Assembly: GCA_934130405.1 (NCBI GenBank)
Contig: CAKOXX010000001.1
Location: 11,566-75,565 of the forward strand
Reading direction: 5' to 3'
DNA length: 64,000 bases
From: an uncultured Bacilli bacterium
GTDB lineage: Bacteria > Bacillota_I > Bacilli_A > RF39 > UBA660
A model generated the notes under the pieces. It was not told the DNA's origin. It did not search any database and saw only the letters and a program-made list of their open reading frames with translations. Shown one piece after another: positions 9,855 through 20,342 of the stretch (its first letter is position 1; every line of letters begins with the position of its first letter). A program made the position numbers and the translations under genes.

Positions 9855-9910
9855 AAATGAAATGACACTATTTATATTTAATATATAGAAGTAGTCATTT
9901 CATTTTTTTT
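9855..9910 (+). terminator. Rho-independent terminator
   Basis: AAATGAAATGAC ... GTCATTTCATTT followed by T8. Confidence 0.7.
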
Positions 9911-9944
9911 GCTCCCTACTCTACCCTTTTCTTATCGTTTTTTA

Positions 9945-9973
9945 TTGAAAAAATAATTAAATAATGATAATAT
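9945..9973 (+). promoter_or_regulatory. Sigma-A-type promoter
   Basis: TTGAAA (9945-9950), 17 nt, TAATAT (9968-9973), with a TG-extended -10 (TGATAATAT). Confidence 0.5.
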
Positions 9974-10001
9974 AAGTAACTAGTGAAGGGAGATTAATTC
10001 T

Positions 10002-10775
10002 ATGACTAAAAATTTAAATATTTTACGTTCTAAAGTAATTGCATTATCGTTAGCTGCTGGAATATCATTAGTGCCATGTTCAAATGCAAATGGTGCAGAT
10101 GTTAATTCAACATCAAGTAAAAATACTGAAACAAAATATTATAATACTGATGATTATAATATAATATACGTTGATGGGACGCCTCATCTAGTCTATCATA
10201 AATTTGAAAATTTTTTTGGCTTAGGTGTTGCATATTATTTTGATGTCAATACTGATGAAATAATTGCAAAATTTTCTAATTCATATGAAAATGAAAAAAA
10301 TACAGAATTTTCTAATGAGATTGGATCTAATTTAACTAGGTTTGCTATTATAAAATTAACTGATATAATAGATAATGATACATTCAGCGATGAAACTTAT
10401 CAATTTCTGGCTGAAGGCGGAGATAAGCTTGATGAATATTTAGAAGATAACTATGAATATGATGTTAATGTATTAACAAAGACACTGAATAAGGATGAAA
10501 CATATAAATCTGAGTTAGGTATTTATGAATTCGATGATGAATTAAAGAATGAAAAAACTTATCATATAGGATATAATGCCAATCGTATATACGAAAGTGA
10601 TGACATATATGATATAAAAGACGGTAAAGTTTATCATATGCCAGATATAGGAGCTTATACCTTTACATCAATTGACGAACTATATGATGATGAAACAATA
10701 ACTGTTAATCGAGCAGAAGATATAATGAATACTTATATTAATCAAGAAAAAGGTAAAATATTGCAAAAAAAATAA
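10002..10775 (+). CDS. Secreted protein of unknown function
   Basis: 257 aa with an N-terminal signal-like segment (LRSKVIALSLAAGISLVPCSNANG) and SD GAAGGGAG upstream. Confidence 0.6.
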   Translation: MTKNLNILRSKVIALSLAAGISLVPCSNANGADVNSTSSKNTETKYYNTDDYNIIYVDGTPHLVYHKFENFFGLGVAYYFDVNTDEIIAKFSNSYENEKNTEFSNEIGSNLTRFAIIKLTDIIDNDTFSDETYQFLAEGGDKLDEYLEDNYEYDVNVLTKTLNKDETYKSELGIYEFDDELKNEKTYHIGYNANRIYESDDIYDIKDGKVYHMPDIGAYTFTSIDELYDDETITVNRAEDIMNTYINQEKGKILQKK

Positions 10776-10802
10776 CTGTCATTGTGAAACAGTTGTTTTT
10801 TA
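10775..10802 (+). terminator. Terminator hairpin between convergent genes
   Basis: AACTGT-cattgtga-ACAGTT followed by GTTTTTT. Confidence 0.5.
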
Positions 10803-11969
10803 ATTCAAAAATTCCATTAAACTTGATCCAATCTCTGGAGTATCTAAGTCAAAATTATCAGCGATAGTTGCACCGATACAAGCAAAAGTTTCTTGAGGTT
10901 CTAAAAGATGAGGCGTTTTAAAATTACGACAATATAATATTACAGGAACATTCTCTCTAGTATGATCATTTCCCTTAAAAGTTGGATCATTACCATGATC
11001 AGCTGTTATAATTAATAAATCATCCATTTCTAGTTTATTAAGTAATAAAGGAATTTCCACATCTAAATCCTCTATCGCCTTACCATATCCTTCTACATCA
11101 CGAACATGTCCATACAAATTATCAAAATCTGATAGATTTACTATGCAAAGACCAGTAAAGCTTTTATCCATTATATTAGCAAATTTTGTTAGTGCTTCTT
11201 GATTATTGGAAGCCTTTAATACTTTGTTAATTCCTTGCTCTGCAAAGATATCATTGACTTTACCAATACCAATTACGTTATAACCATTATCATTCAAGTC
11301 ATCTAATATAGTTCGTTTTGGAGGTCTGATAGAGTAATCTTTTCTTCCAGCATTATTTAATTTGAATTTACCATTTTTACCGGTAAATGGTCTAGCAATA
11401 ACTCTTGATACTAAGAAATCTTCACGCATAGTTAATTCTCTTACTTTTTCACAATAAGAATATAATAATTCAGCCGAAATAATATCTTCATGTGCTGCTA
11501 TTTGTAAGTCAGAATCAGCAGATGTATAAACAATCAAAGAACCATAGTTTAATTGTCTTTCTCCTAACTCATTAATAATACTATTATCATGACTACACTT
11601 ATTACCAATGACACGTCTACCTGTTACTCTTTCAATCTCATCAATTAATTCAATAGGAAAACCATTTTCATTAAAAGTTTTAAAAGGCATATTTGATGTT
11701 ATACCAATCATTTCATAATGTCCAGATAAACTGTCTTTTCCAACATTATTTGGTTGAGCGATAGTGTAATAAGCATCATTAGTTTCTTTATCTTCAAGGG
11801 TTAAAGTATCAAAAAAACCAATTTTTGCAAGATTTGGAATAAATAAATCATAATTATCTTTGATGTGCCCTAAAGTATTACAGCCATTATCATCATAATT
11901 ACTAGCGTCCTTTGCTTCCCCTACTCCTAACGAGTCTAAAATCATTAAAAATACTCTTTTAAATTTCAT
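10800..11969 (-). CDS. deoB: Phosphopentomutase
   Basis: MKFKRVFLMILDSLGVGE... and ITADHGNDP are typical of DeoB. The start is placed at the MKFKRV methionine (11969), just after the xerD stop. Confidence 0.9.
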   Translation of the reverse strand: MKFKRVFLMILDSLGVGEAKDASNYDDNGCNTLGHIKDNYDLFIPNLAKIGFFDTLTLEDKETNDAYYTIAQPNNVGKDSLSGHYEMIGITSNMPFKTFNENGFPIELIDEIERVTGRRVIGNKCSHDNSIINELGERQLNYGSLIVYTSADSDLQIAAHEDIISAELLYSYCEKVRELTMREDFLVSRVIARPFTGKNGKFKLNNAGRKDYSIRPPKRTILDDLNDNGYNVIGIGKVNDIFAEQGINKVLKASNNQEALTKFANIMDKSFTGLCIVNLSDFDNLYGHVRDVEGYGKAIEDLDVEIPLLLNKLEMDDLLIITADHGNDPTFKGNDHTRENVPVILYCRNFKTPHLLEPQETFACIGATIADNFDLDTPEIGSSLMEFLN

Positions 11970-11973
11970 AAAT

Positions 11974-12876
11974 TCACTCTTCTTTCTTTGCTCTTGGATG
12001 ATTATGTAAGTAATCATTTCTAACTTTTTCGTTAGTTATATGTGTATATATTTTAGTTGTTGTAATATCAGAGTGTCCCAACATAGTTTGAACACTTCTA
12101 AAATCTGCCCCATTTTCAATTAAGTGGGTTGCAAAAGAATGCCTTAGACTATGAGGAGAGATATTAGTTGGCATATTTTTTTCAGCTAACAGTTTTTTAA
12201 GATTTTTAAAAAAACCTTGCCTTGAAATGCCTTCCCCTCTAGAATTTAAAAATAATTGTTCTGAGTTTTTCTTTTTTAACATAGCAGGTCTATATTCCAA
12301 ATAAAGTTTTAAATATTTAATTGAATTGCTATTAATAGGAACAATTCTTTCCTTACTACCTTTTCCTTTAACCATTAAGAAAGCATTATAAAAATCAATA
12401 TCATAAACAGTAAGACCTATTAATTCTGAAACCCTAAGGCCTGTGCCGTACATCAATTCTAACATAGCCTTATCACGATAGTCAAATGGACTCTTAAGTT
12501 CTATATCAAGTAACTTATCAACCTGACTAGTACTTAAAGTGTAAGGTAAGTGTTTAGCTAACTTTGGTCTATCAATAAATTCTGCTTCATTTTCTTTTAC
12601 GACTTTTTCTCTTAAAAGATACTTATGAAAATTATAGATAGTAGTTATTTTATGAGAAACAGTTTTACTATCTTCATCTAATGAATAACAATATTTCAAA
12701 TAACTTTCAATGTGTTCTTTTTTTATATCTTCTACATCCATTATACCCAATTTATCTTCTAAATAATTCTGATAAGCATTTAACTCATAATTATATGACT
12801 TTAAGGTATTAGTAGCTAATCCCTTTTCATACTCACAGCAGTTAATAAAATCTTCTTTTTTTACTTGAAACCTCAT
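11974..12876 (-). CDS. xerD: Tyrosine recombinase XerD
   Basis: Conserved ARG...HSLRHSFATHL...LGHSDITTTKIYTH tyrosine-recombinase motifs. The xerD-deoB adjacency matches the ripX-drm arrangement in Bacillus. Confidence 0.8.
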   Translation of the reverse strand: MRFQVKKEDFINCCEYEKGLATNTLKSYNYELNAYQNYLEDKLGIMDVEDIKKEHIESYLKYCYSLDEDSKTVSHKITTIYNFHKYLLREKVVKENEAEFIDRPKLAKHLPYTLSTSQVDKLLDIELKSPFDYRDKAMLELMYGTGLRVSELIGLTVYDIDFYNAFLMVKGKGSKERIVPINSNSIKYLKLYLEYRPAMLKKKNSEQLFLNSRGEGISRQGFFKNLKKLLAEKNMPTNISPHSLRHSFATHLIENGADFRSVQTMLGHSDITTTKIYTHITNEKVRNDYLHNHPRAKKEE

Positions 12877-12955
12877 AGCATAATTCCTTCCTATAACAGT
12901 ATACCATAAAGCTTAAAAACGTGTTATAATAAGTTAACTAAAAAGGAGGAAACTT

Positions 12956-14113
12956 ATGAAAGTAGTTGGAATCGTCGCAGAATTTAATCCATTTCATAAT
13001 GGACACTTATATTTACTAAATAAAGCTAAAGAAATGTTTGATAATGCCATCTATATACTTATAATGAGTGGAAATTTTACACAAAGAGCAGAGCCTTCTA
13101 TTCTTGATAAAAAAAGCAAAACAGAAATAGCTCTTACTGCTGGTTTTGATTTAGTAGTAGAATTACCTTTTCCATTTGCTACTGCTTCTAGTGAAATATT
13201 TGCTACTGGTGCTACTTGTTTAGCTAACTCTTTAGGAGTTACTGATTTAATCTTCGGTAGTGAATCAAATGATTTAACTTATCTTTTAAAAATGGTTGAT
13301 ATTGAACTAAATAATAGCAATTTTGACCCATTAGTTAGAGTTTATTTAGCAAGTGGAATGAATTATCCATCTGCTAGAAATGCTGCTTTTTTAGACCTTA
13401 CTAATGAGAGTATAAAACTACCAAATGATATTTTAGCTAGTTCTTACATCAAAGCAATAAAGAAGAATAATTATAAAATAAATGTTCATGCTATTAAAAG
13501 AACTAACGATTATAATAGTAATGTCTTAGAAAGTGATATTTCAAGTGCTAGTAGTATCAGAAAAGCCTTAGCAAAGAATGAAAATATCGAAGATCAAGTA
13601 CCTAGCTATGTTTTACCATATCTAGAAAAAATAAAAGATAAAGTTTTAACCAATGAAGACTATTTTAAATATATTAAATACAAGTTGTTAACGGAAGATA
13701 ATGAAAAAGAATATCCATCACTAGATAGAAGTCTTATCAATAAATTAAAGAAAAATATCAATAATGTTTCTTCCTATGATGAGTTAATTAATAGTGTTAA
13801 AACTAAAAATCTTACTTACCGAAAAGTAGCAAGAGGACTTTTATACTATTTATGTAATTATACTAAAGAAAAGCGTGACATGATGGAAAATATTAATTAT
13901 ATAAGAATTTTAGGTCTTAATAAAAAAGGACAAAACTATTTAAATAAAATAAAGAAAGATTGTTCTTTACCATTAATTAGTAAGTTTACACGTGAAAAAG
14001 ATGAAATGTTAGAACTTGAATATAAAGTATCACTTATCTACTGTTTAGAACATATAAATGGTAATAATATTATAAATGATGAGTTTAAAGCTTTTCCAAT
14101 AAGAAAGGAATGA
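12956..14113 (+). CDS. tmcAL: tRNA(Met) cytidine acetate ligase (YlbM/TmcAL nucleotidyltransferase family)
   Basis: N-terminus GIVAEFNPFHNGHLYLL; length 385 aa. Confidence 0.75.
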   Translation: MKVVGIVAEFNPFHNGHLYLLNKAKEMFDNAIYILIMSGNFTQRAEPSILDKKSKTEIALTAGFDLVVELPFPFATASSEIFATGATCLANSLGVTDLIFGSESNDLTYLLKMVDIELNNSNFDPLVRVYLASGMNYPSARNAAFLDLTNESIKLPNDILASSYIKAIKKNNYKINVHAIKRTNDYNSNVLESDISSASSIRKALAKNENIEDQVPSYVLPYLEKIKDKVLTNEDYFKYIKYKLLTEDNEKEYPSLDRSLINKLKKNINNVSSYDELINSVKTKNLTYRKVARGLLYYLCNYTKEKRDMMENINYIRILGLNKKGQNYLNKIKKDCSLPLISKFTREKDEMLELEYKVSLIYCLEHINGNNIINDEFKAFPIRKE

Positions 14114-14119
14114 TAAAAT

Positions 14120-14806
14120 ATGGAATCAATGCTAAAAACAAAAAAACAAGGATTATTAGTTGTCCTATCAGGACCTTCTGGTTGTGGTAAAAATACTATT
14201 ATTAATAAAGTTATGGAAAATAACAAAAATATTTGGTTATCTATTTCTTGTACTAGTAGAGCTCCTCGTGGAGAAGAAAAAAATGGTGTAAACTATTACT
14301 TTTTATCAAGAGATGAGTTTGAGCAAGAAATTGCAAATGATGAATTTTTAGAGTACGCTGAGTACTCTAAAAACTACTATGGAACTCCCAAAAAATACAT
14401 TAAAGAGCATTTAGATAATGGTGAAGATGTTATTTTAGAGATAGAAATTCAAGGAGCTTTAAAAGTAAAAGAAAAGATTAAAGAAGCGGTATTTATCTTT
14501 ATTCTACCACCTAGTATGCAAGAATTAAAAAGAAGATTAGAAGCTAGAAAAACCGAAGATCAAGAAAAAATCGATATGCGTTTCAAAAGAGCGTATGAAG
14601 AAATAAATGAAGTTAGTAAATACAACTACGTTGTTGTTAATGATGAAGTTGATCAGGCAGCTAGTAAAGTTCAAGCAATACTTGATGCAGAAAGATGTAG
14701 GGTTGATCGTATTGAAGAAGTTTATCTAAATACTGAAGAAGAACGTCTACACGAAAAATTATTAGAAGATAAAAAAGAATTTAATAATGAGGAAATATCT
14801 CTATGA
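14120..14806 (+). CDS. gmk: Guanylate kinase
   Basis: GPSGCGKNT P-loop, TSRAPRGEEKNGVNYYF, EIEIQGA. Confidence 0.9.
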   Translation: MESMLKTKKQGLLVVLSGPSGCGKNTIINKVMENNKNIWLSISCTSRAPRGEEKNGVNYYFLSRDEFEQEIANDEFLEYAEYSKNYYGTPKKYIKEHLDNGEDVILEIEIQGALKVKEKIKEAVFIFILPPSMQELKRRLEARKTEDQEKIDMRFKRAYEEINEVSKYNYVVVNDEVDQAASKVQAILDAERCRVDRIEEVYLNTEEERLHEKLLEDKKEFNNEEISL

Positions 14807-15132
14807 AAGATTTAATAAAGATTTATCAGAAACAAGTTGATGACAATCTTAAGAATAAAAGTTTTACTAAACAAGACTTAGAAGATTTTAAAGTAATAAT
14901 CAGTTATTTTCAACATGAAAGACTTATTCATTTACTAGTTACTATAACCGTCATCTTTGTTACTTGTTTCTTCTTTTATTTATTAACTATCAAACCATCT
15001 ATTATATTATTTATATTAGTTGTTATTCTTCTAATTTTGCTTGGGTTTTATTTTTATCATTATTATTTTTTAGAAAATAATATTCAAAAATTAGAAGAAA
15101 AATATTTACAAATCAAAAAAGCCCTTAAATGA
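14803..15132 (+). CDS. Small membrane protein (two predicted TM helices)
   Basis: ATGA overlap with gmk. The central part is hydrophobic (LIHLLVTITVIFVTCFFFYLL...ILFILVVILLILLGFYF). It occupies the position after gmk. Confidence 0.5.
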   Translation: MKDLIKIYQKQVDDNLKNKSFTKQDLEDFKVIISYFQHERLIHLLVTITVIFVTCFFFYLLTIKPSIILFILVVILLILLGFYFYHYYFLENNIQKLEEKYLQIKKALK

Positions 15133-15151
15133 GCTTTTTATTTTGTCTTAA

Positions 15152-16564
15152 TTAATCAATAACCTCAATCTTCATTAAGTTAGTTGTTCTAGATACTGCA
15201 TTATTAGGGAAACCTCCAGTAGTAACTACGATATCTCCACTTACTAATTCAGTATAATCTTTAGCACAAGCAACACTCTTTGTAAGAACTTCATCAGTTG
15301 AATTACAAACTGGTAATAATGCTGGATAAACACCCCAGTTTAAAGCTAAACGGCGTCCTGTTTTTTCATCAGGTACTAAAGCAAGAACAGTTGCTTTTGG
15401 TTTTAAATTACTAATTACTCTAGCTGTTGAACCACTAATTGTAGCAGCACAGATTAATTTAGCATTAAGTCTTTTTGTTGTATCAACTACAGCATCAGCA
15501 ATAGCAGATTGAGCATCAACGACACGTTCATTTTCATCTGAATAATTAAATTCAGCATATTTTTCAGCAGTTTCACAGATGTTTGCCATAGCAGCTACTG
15601 TTTCAACTGGATGTTTACCAATAGTAGTTTCACCACTTAACATAACAGCATCAGTACCATCAAATACAGCATTAGCAATATCACTAGTTTCTGCTCTTTT
15701 TGGACGGTTATTTTCCATCATTGTTTCAAGCATTTCTGTAGCAACAATAGCAATCTTTCCAAGTCTTCTACAAGTTTTTATCATTTGTTTTTGAACGATA
15801 GGTAACATTTCACTAGGAATTTCTGTACCTAAATCTCCTCTAGCTACCATAACACCGTCTGATACTTCTAGAATTGATTCTAAGTTTTTAATACCTAAAT
15901 CACTTTCAATCTTACAAATTATTTGTAAGTCTTCTCTATTGTGTTGTTTTAAAATTTCCTTAATTTCTAGAACATCTTCTTTACAAGATACAAATGATAA
16001 TGCTAGGTATTCTCCACCATTTGCACAAGCATATTCGATATCTTTTCTATCTAATTCACTTACATAAGGAATATTTAACTTAACACCAGGAACACTCATA
16101 CTTTTTCTGTTTCCTAAAGTTCCACCGGCGATAACTTTACAAGTAACACCGTCTTCTTCTTTGCTGATAACTTCAAGTTTCATCTTAGCATTCTCAAGTA
16201 AAATAAAGTCACCAACAGATAAACTATCAATAGCTTCTGGATGGTTAACTGAAAATCTCTCAGTAGTTCCAAGTACTTCTTCTTTAACAATACGAATAAT
16301 ATTTCCGTTAACTAATTCGATAGAATCATTTTCTAACATACCACTTCTGAATTCAGGACCTTTAGTATCCCATAATATTGCTACAGACTTACCAGTTCTT
16401 TTTCTAACTTCACGAACTGAAGTAATAGCTTTATCTCTTTCTTCGATTGTTGCATGGGTAAAGTTAATTCTAGCAACATTCATACCTGCTAAAACCATTT
16501 GTTCCATTACATCAGCTTCATTAGATGTAGGTCCAATACTACAAACTATTTTTGTCTTTTTCAT
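15152..16564 (-). CDS. pyk: Pyruvate kinase
   Basis: MKKTKIVCSIGP...NVARINFTHAT...MVARGDLGTEIP. Confidence 0.95.
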   Translation of the reverse strand: MKKTKIVCSIGPTSNEADVMEQMVLAGMNVARINFTHATIEERDKAITSVREVRKRTGKSVAILWDTKGPEFRSGMLENDSIELVNGNIIRIVKEEVLGTTERFSVNHPEAIDSLSVGDFILLENAKMKLEVISKEEDGVTCKVIAGGTLGNRKSMSVPGVKLNIPYVSELDRKDIEYACANGGEYLALSFVSCKEDVLEIKEILKQHNREDLQIICKIESDLGIKNLESILEVSDGVMVARGDLGTEIPSEMLPIVQKQMIKTCRRLGKIAIVATEMLETMMENNRPKRAETSDIANAVFDGTDAVMLSGETTIGKHPVETVAAMANICETAEKYAEFNYSDENERVVDAQSAIADAVVDTTKRLNAKLICAATISGSTARVISNLKPKATVLALVPDEKTGRRLALNWGVYPALLPVCNSTDEVLTKSVACAKDYTELVSGDIVVTTGGFPNNAVSRTTNLMKIEVID

Positions 16565-16634
16565 TTACTACTCACTCCTCTTTCAAACAGTAATAATTAT
16601 ACTATAAATTTATCATTTTGTATAGAATTTTTTG

Positions 16635-17453
16635 CTATTTTTGGCAATTTGGACAGTAATAAGTTCCTCGTCCACCAACTCTTGTGAAAATGATTTCACT
16701 GTTACAATTTTTACAAGTCTCATTCTTTCTACCATGAACTATTAATTCATTTTGAAAATGACCATGAACTCCCTCACTAGATTCAAAGCTTTTAATAGTT
16801 GTACCACCCATTTTAATGGCTTTTTTAAGGACAATTCTTGTATTTTGAATTATTTGTTCAGCTTCCTCACTATTAACCGTTTTAGCAGGTCTTAATGGAC
16901 TTATATGACTTAGATATAATATTTCATCATCATAAATATTACCAATTCCAGCAATAATACTTTGATCTAATAAAACAGTCTTTATTGGTGTAGTTTTACT
17001 TTTAAATCTATCTAATAGATACTCTTTAGTTAATCTTTCATCATCAAATTCATAACCCAAATCACTAAGTGGTTTTTGTTCATTAATCTTATACTTAGGA
17101 AGAAGCATCATTCTACCAAATTTTCTAACATCATGAAAGCGCATTTCAATATCATTATCTAATAATAAAGCAACGTGTTCATGTTTTGATACAACTTCAT
17201 TTTTATGTCTAAAATAAAATCTTCCTTCCATTCTAAGATGTACTAATAAAGCATAATTCGTTAGATAAATAACTATCCATTTACCTCTCGTTGTAACACT
17301 TTCTATTTTTTCATTCTTTATCTTTTCTAAAAATTCATTCTTATCACCAACTATTACATTATCATAATAAACATAAGCTTTAGTAATAGTATGTCCAACT
17401 ATTCTTTTTTCTAACATTTTGGCAACTGTAATTACTTCTGGTTTTTCTGGCAT
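16635..17453 (-). CDS. mutM: Formamidopyrimidine-DNA glycosylase
   Basis: N-terminal MPEKPEV and a C-terminal zinc finger CKNC...YYCPNCQ. Confidence 0.9.
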   Translation of the reverse strand: MPEKPEVITVAKMLEKRIVGHTITKAYVYYDNVIVGDKNEFLEKIKNEKIESVTTRGKWIVIYLTNYALLVHLRMEGRFYFRHKNEVVSKHEHVALLLDNDIEMRFHDVRKFGRMMLLPKYKINEQKPLSDLGYEFDDERLTKEYLLDRFKSKTTPIKTVLLDQSIIAGIGNIYDDEILYLSHISPLRPAKTVNSEEAEQIIQNTRIVLKKAIKMGGTTIKSFESSEGVHGHFQNELIVHGRKNETCKNCNSEIIFTRVGGRGTYYCPNCQK

Positions 17454-17475
17454 ATTTTATCACTTTCCTTTACTA

Positions 17476-20115
17476 CTATTTAGCTTCATACCAATCGCTA
17501 CCAAGTTCTATATCTACTTTTAACGGTACACTAAGTTTAACTACTTGTTCCATCTTCTCACGTACTAACTCTTTCATTATGTCAAGTTCATCTTTATAAA
17601 CATTAAATACCAATTCATCGTGAACTTGAATTAACATTTTACTCTTTAAGTTCCTATCTTTCATTGCTTGATATAATTCAACCATTGCTTTCTTTAAAAT
17701 ATCAGCAGCGCTTCCTTGAATTGGCGTATTTAAGGCCATACGCTCACCACTACTCCGTACCATATAGTTACTACTCTTCAACTCATCTATTTTTCTTCTG
17801 CGATTCATTATTGTAGTAACAAAACCATTTTTATAAGCTTCGCTTTTTTCTTGCTCCATATATTCCTTAATACCAGGATAAGTATTTAAGTAGTTTGATA
17901 AAAACTCCTTTGCACTAGCAACATCTATTTTTAAGTCTTCACTAAGACCAAAGCTACTTATTCCATACAAGATACCAAAGTTGACGGTTTTAGCAATTCG
18001 ACGCATTTTTTTATCAACTTCATTTATTGGTACCTTGAATATATCTGAAGCAGTTTTTGAATGAATGTCTTTATCTTCAATAAAAGCTTCTTGTAAGTTT
18101 GTAGCATTAGCCATATGTGCAAATACTCTTAACTCTATCTGACTATAATCAGAACTCATTAAAAGGCTATCTTCTTCTGGAATAAAAGCTTTACGAACAA
18201 GTTTAGAGTAATCACTTCTAATCGGAATATTCTGTAAGTTTGGTTTACTACTAGATAAACGACCAGTTCTTGTTAAACATTGATTAAAAATAGTATGAAT
18301 TTTTCCATCTTCTCTTATTTCATCTATTAAACCAATTGAATAATTAGCATATAATTTATAAAGATTTCGATACTCTAACACTTTTTCAACAATAGGGTGT
18401 TTATCACTTATTTTATCTAATATATCTTTACTAGTAGAATAACTAGTATCATCTTTTTTTCGTTTTTTAGGATATTCTATCTCCAACTTTTCAAATAAAA
18501 CTTCTCCTAACTGTTTAGGTGATAAAATGTTAAATTCACAACCAGCATCTTCATATATTTCATCTTGCATAAGTTTCATTTTTGCTTCTAGTTCTTCTTT
18601 TTGCTTTAATAAGTAGTTTTTATCAGCCCTTATACCTGTTAACTCCATATCAGCTAATACAAAAGCAAGGGGCATTTCTATTTCCTCAAACAATTTTGTT
18701 TCATTATAAGCAGCTATTTCTTCAAGAATTTGTTCTCTACTGTCGTAAGTAAACTCACTTTTCATTATAGATTGTTTCTTTGTCGTCTCAAGTGAAGCTT
18801 CTCTTTTTTTTCTTTCTGTTCCATAAGTTTCTTCATAGCTTGGACAGTCATAGTTAAATTGTCCCATTAAAACAGTAATATCATCATCTAATTTATAATC
18901 TAATAGATAAGCACCAATCATTGCATCATAGTTACAATTATTTATGGTTATATCATACTGATTTAAAAGAATAATCATTCTCTTGACATCATATGTATAT
19001 TTAGTTACATCATTATTAAATATTTCTTTATGCTTAATAATTTCTTCAATAGTCATAAAACAAGAACTATTTTTATTAGTAAATGCTCCACCAATAATTT
19101 TACTTTTACTATAGGTATGTCCATCCATTTCTAAGTAAAAGGAAAAAGGTATAGTAAAATCAAAGTCATTATAAGACACAAATGTTTTATTAACTGGTTT
19201 TTCTTCTAATAATTCAAAGCTTTGTTGACCTGTCAAAACAGTATTATCTATACCAACACTTATTTTCTTTAGGAGTGATTTAAATTCTAATTCCCTTAAA
19301 ATAGCAATATATTCTTCAGTATTAAGTCCTTGATAAATACAATCTTCTAGGGTAAAAGAAATAGGTACTTCCCGGTAAATAGTAGCTAAGTCAAAGCTTG
19401 TATAAGCATCTTCTTTTCCTGTTTCTAATTTTTCAGCTGTCTTACCACCAATATTTTCTAGATTATTATAAATTTCATCAAGACTACCATATTTTTTCAA
19501 AAGAGTAATTGCTGTTTTCTCTCCAATTCCTTTAACTCCCGATATATTGTCGCTAGCATCTCCCATTAGAGCTTTTAAATCTATCATATGAATTGGTGTT
19601 GTTCCATAATATTCTTTAAAAGTTTCTTCATCAAATCTAATTGAACCTTTTGTTTTTAAAAGTTTAACTTCTACTTCATTACTTATTAGTTGTAATAAGT
19701 CTTTATCACTAGATATAATCGTCGCAATAAATTCATCTGCTTCATCAACTATTTTAGCAAGCGTACCAATTATATCATCAGCTTCATAATTATCTATTTC
19801 AAAATGCTTTATTCCCATAGTATCAAGAATTTCTTTGGCTTTTGGAAATTGTAGTTTTAACTCTTCTGGCATTTCTCTACGGCCAGCTTTATAGTCTTTA
19901 TACTTTTCGTGTCTGAAAGTTTTTCCTTTATCAAAAGCCACCAAAATATAGTTTGGTTTTTCTTCTTCAATTATTTTATTCATCATATTAATAAAGCCAT
20001 AAAGAGCATTAGTAGGAAATCCCTTACTATTTCGCATAATAACTCCACTATAACTTGTTGCATAATAACTTCTAAATAGCAAATTGTTTCCATCTACTAA
20101 TATTATTTTTTTCAT
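17476..20115 (-). CDS. polA: DNA polymerase I
   Basis: 879 aa with a 5'-nuclease N-terminus and the polymerase motifs DYSQIELR and QVHDE. Confidence 0.95.
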   Translation of the reverse strand: MKKIILVDGNNLLFRSYYATSYSGVIMRNSKGFPTNALYGFINMMNKIIEEEKPNYILVAFDKGKTFRHEKYKDYKAGRREMPEELKLQFPKAKEILDTMGIKHFEIDNYEADDIIGTLAKIVDEADEFIATIISSDKDLLQLISNEVEVKLLKTKGSIRFDEETFKEYYGTTPIHMIDLKALMGDASDNISGVKGIGEKTAITLLKKYGSLDEIYNNLENIGGKTAEKLETGKEDAYTSFDLATIYREVPISFTLEDCIYQGLNTEEYIAILRELEFKSLLKKISVGIDNTVLTGQQSFELLEEKPVNKTFVSYNDFDFTIPFSFYLEMDGHTYSKSKIIGGAFTNKNSSCFMTIEEIIKHKEIFNNDVTKYTYDVKRMIILLNQYDITINNCNYDAMIGAYLLDYKLDDDITVLMGQFNYDCPSYEETYGTERKKREASLETTKKQSIMKSEFTYDSREQILEEIAAYNETKLFEEIEMPLAFVLADMELTGIRADKNYLLKQKEELEAKMKLMQDEIYEDAGCEFNILSPKQLGEVLFEKLEIEYPKKRKKDDTSYSTSKDILDKISDKHPIVEKVLEYRNLYKLYANYSIGLIDEIREDGKIHTIFNQCLTRTGRLSSSKPNLQNIPIRSDYSKLVRKAFIPEEDSLLMSSDYSQIELRVFAHMANATNLQEAFIEDKDIHSKTASDIFKVPINEVDKKMRRIAKTVNFGILYGISSFGLSEDLKIDVASAKEFLSNYLNTYPGIKEYMEQEKSEAYKNGFVTTIMNRRRKIDELKSSNYMVRSSGERMALNTPIQGSAADILKKAMVELYQAMKDRNLKSKMLIQVHDELVFNVYKDELDIMKELVREKMEQVVKLSVPLKVDIELGSDWYEAK

Positions 20116-20153
20116 AATGCACCTTCTTTTCTCTAATTATTATAGCAATCTTT

Positions 20154-20267
20154 CTAAATTTTCGAAAGCAAATTAGCACATATTATTAAACTAAGTATGA
20201 TTGCTATCACATATAAACCTATTATTAATATGATTGTTTTTATAATTTCTATGATGTTATTTTTCAT
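20154..20267 (-). CDS. 37-aa single-pass membrane peptide, divergent from lexA (not in the ORF track)
   Basis: GGAGGAATTA precedes the ATG (20267..20265). Translation: MKNNIIEIIKTIILIIGLYVIAIILSLIICANLLSKI, stop TAG at 20154-20156. It lies 38 nt upstream of polA on the same strand. Confidence 0.4.
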   Translation of the reverse strand: MKNNIIEIIKTIILIIGLYVIAIILSLIICANLLSKI

Positions 20268-20299
20268 TAATTCCTCCATCTCTTCTTCCGATTTTATTA

Positions 20300-20342
20300 G
20301 CAAACATAAGTTTTGTCAATATATTTTCGAAATTTTGTTTGA
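20300..20342. promoter_or_regulatory. Two candidate LexA (Cheo-type) boxes in the lexA divergent promoter region
   Basis: AAACATAAGTTT (about 20302-20313) and CGAAATTTTGTTTG (20328-20341) resemble CGAAC-N4-GTTCG with symmetric C-to-A/T changes. The second overlaps a TTGACT -35 (20339-20344), which pairs with TAATAT (20363-20368). Confidence 0.4.

Noticed and set aside
15579-16687. Plus-strand ORFs of 71, 148 and 62 aa that overlap pyk and its upstream region.
   Set aside because: They are antisense shadow ORFs of a strongly supported gene. Their sequences are low-complexity and Ser/Ile/Leu-rich, and they lack an SD.
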